A DNA stretch of 64,000 nucleotides, taken from the NCBI GenBank assembly GCA_950097015.1, contig CATNEN010000029.1, forward strand, positions 2,356,001 through 2,420,000, given 5' to 3'. The notes under the pieces are model-generated. The model had not been told where the DNA came from and did not search any database. It saw only the letters and a program-made list of their open reading frames with translations. How positions within the stretch are numbered: the stretch's first letter is position 1; each line of letters begins with the position of its first letter. The translations under genes and the position numbers were made by a program. Positions 61,397 to 64,000 of the stretch are shown one piece after another. Source of the stretch: Macrostomum hystrix. Its lineage: Eukaryota; Animalia; Platyhelminthes.

Positions 61397-64000
61397 TACT
61401 CACTGTGGAGTGCAGTCAACTTAAAGCTGAGCAGAAGCACTTTAGATATTTCCTCCAGAAATAATAACTTCGTAATCTGAAATAGAAAATGTGTTTTGAA
61501 AATCATAAAAATGCATTCCCATACTATGTTTAATCGTCATAGCTTCTCCTTTTCAGTTATAATTATGTGTGCATTGAAAACAGCACTGATTATATTAGCT
61601 TAGTTTTGTTTTTCTCACGTCAACCCATTACGATTTAGGCTTTGCGGTTCCTTTGAAGCTAAAAAGCAGCAATATGCCAGAGCTTAGTCCAATATCAGCC
61701 ATTGTATTATTTGCCTCTTCCTGTCCAATGTGCCTTTGTAGAACAGTACAATTTGCCTTCCTGCCCTGCCCATGTCTATCGAATGCGCGATGATTAGAGG
61801 CAAGCATATTTTCCTACCTGTACGGCGTGACTTCTGTAATATGGCCCTTATAGAAATTCAGAATTTAGTGGCACAGCGAACCGTTTGACTTCCATAATGA
61901 GTTTTTTTTCACAAACAGTTTGCGATAATAGCTCGTATTACGCAGCAATTTTTCTTGCCGCTGCATTAAATCTGCTAGTTAATACATTAATGGCCTGTGG
62001 AAACAGTTATAATAAATAGGCAAGACGGCTATTGGTTTGTAGTTATTTTTCTGTGCAATCATTTCTCGTCGCTGAGGCCTAGTTGACACGGTCGCAACGT
62101 CATTTCGGTTTAATTCGGTTGTGGTCGGGCAGCTAACAAGAGCAGCATGTGAGGAGAGTGGTGCGAAAGCTTGGTTCCACCCTTTCCCTTAGTAAGCAGT
62201 GCGCCATAGTTCTCGGCATGTATTCGCTCGAAATGATCGAGCTTACAGAGCGCATCCACTCCCTTGCTATTCTCTCTCTCTCTCTCACTCGCTCAATTCT
62301 CCACGCATCGCCTAGTCTGAAGACGAGCTATGCGCGCACAATTCACACACAACAGCAAACCTGTCATGCCACGCACTCAGTGTACTAGATGCCATGGCCA
62401 CTCGCCATATGCAGTCCTACAGGCGCCCAGCCCCACCCCGACAGTGCCACATAAGTGCGCTATCGCATCCAACAAGTTTGGCCTAAATCTACAAATTAAG
62501 TCCAATGATTTAATGCCAGTGCAACTGAACTGAACAGAGATGACAAAGAGAGAGGCCTGTTAGCGACACCAGTCCCGCCCGCTAAGAGTTCTGAAACTCC
62601 CACAAGTCACTTGTCGTATCCTCACCTCCGGCAGGCGTGGGAATCTCTCCTGAAACCCCGGCCGCAGTCGGGTTTTGCGGGCGGTTGGCTGCGGGCGGAG
62701 TCAGGGGAGGGTAGGGAGGAGGGAGGGGAACCCTTAGCGTTTGAGCGCTAGGCTGCCTGGTGCTAAACTTACAGAGTTCTGGTTGGCTAGTGGATTCTCT
62801 CATTTTGCTTTAAATATGAGGGCCTAGTGGAAGAGAAGCCCTCTGTAAGAGCTAATAAACTAAATAAATGAGGAAAGGCTCAAAATTCAAGAATTAAATT
62901 TCTTTTTTGTTGAATTGGCCACTTTACGGAGTTTGGCTGGGTAGTGACGAGTGAGAGCGAAGAAAACAATGGCCAGCACAGCGGCGGCGACGGAGGGGCG
63001 TCCGCAGCACCGCCTGGGTCCTCTGGATGGCAGCCTGTACGCCATTGTTCGTCGTAGTGACGACGGCTGCTGGATCGAGGAGGACGGCCCGCCGGCCAGC
63101 TGTTCACCAGGGGCCACCGGTGGTCTCAGCGCCTACGACCCCGACTCTGGCTGCGCGTGTGAGTTGGCTGATAGAACCATAAAACATGTACGAGCTAAAA
63201 TCATAAGTCTCAGAGAACACTTCTTCATTTAGAGTATGGAAAACGCTTTATAACTTGCCTAATGTGCTTACTTGTGCTTAAAACAATGGGGATTTTATTA
63301 TCGATTAATAATATAGTTTTCATCTCTGTGTTCAAAGTTCCAACTTTTGCTAGCAAAGTCAGTCGCAGCAAGAGTCAGCTTCGCAGCCATATGCTTCTCA
63401 TTATCTTTGTCGAATTATCGGCTTCTGAACAAGCGGCTTCCGCATAGCTTGGTCCACTGGACGCACGCGGATCAGTTCAGTAAATGCTACCCAGCTTAGT
63501 CTGATTCCATAGCCGTCAACCAACCCCCAGTCCGGATTTTCCTCTCCTGCAGTTCCGGGAAATTCTGGCCGGAATTGGTACCGATGCAATTCCACCCAGC
63601 CTCATGCAGCCCATCCGTAACTCTGCGGCCGCTGCAAGAACAAGCCGTACTGTCCAGGCCAGCGTCCACAGAATTTCTTCCCCGTTGCGCTCCCTCCGTT
63701 CTTCCCAACGCCAGCAGCAGGGCTATCGACTCCAGAAGACTCGTTGATAAGATGCTGATGAGGAAGAACTTAGAGCTTGTGGATGCCTATGAGGGGAGCA
63801 TTGCTGGGGTTTAGCGAATACAATAATTCGGCTTGCATTCCATGCCATGCATTTTCCAGTCGGTTTGGAAAAGAGGATGCGAGGCATGGCAGAGGCCGCA
63901 GAAGCAACTGGCACTGCTGATGCCTCCCGTTTCGACAGGGAAAAGGCAGGGGGACGTGAGGCATACTAAATACTTTCTAGCAGCTAGCATCTACCATATA

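Overview
Eukaryotic (metazoan) genomic DNA: GC-rich exons, AT-rich spacers, and minisatellites in most introns. This architecture suggests a free-living flatworm such as Macrostomum, which is an inference only. Conserved genes: ubiquitin-RPS27A fusion (minus strand, runs off the left edge), a compact Cwc21/SRRM2-like gene (2 exons), a 12-exon DMXL/rabconnectin-3alpha gene (about 3,130 aa) and a 5-exon calmodulin-like gene (minus). Mobile DNA: four copies of a tRNA-derived CORE-like SINE, a second SINE family, a piggyBac whose cysteine-rich domain is partly deleted and frameshifted, and a decayed intron-containing Crypton tyrosine recombinase with an inverted paralogous fragment beside it. Two regions stand out. 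(i) A ~2.31-kb tandem macro-repeat (46.9-54.0 kb) in which each complete unit carries an apparent mini-gene (TATA box, a 45-47 aa Lys/Ala/Gln/Pro-rich ORF too short for the ORF track, AATAAA), with units separated by a 23-bp satellite. (ii) A predicted secreted protein with two Kazal domains flanking an Asn/Phe/Arg/Tyr low-complexity repeat. All exon coordinates were derived by hand from GT/AG sites and reading-frame continuity, not from transcript data.
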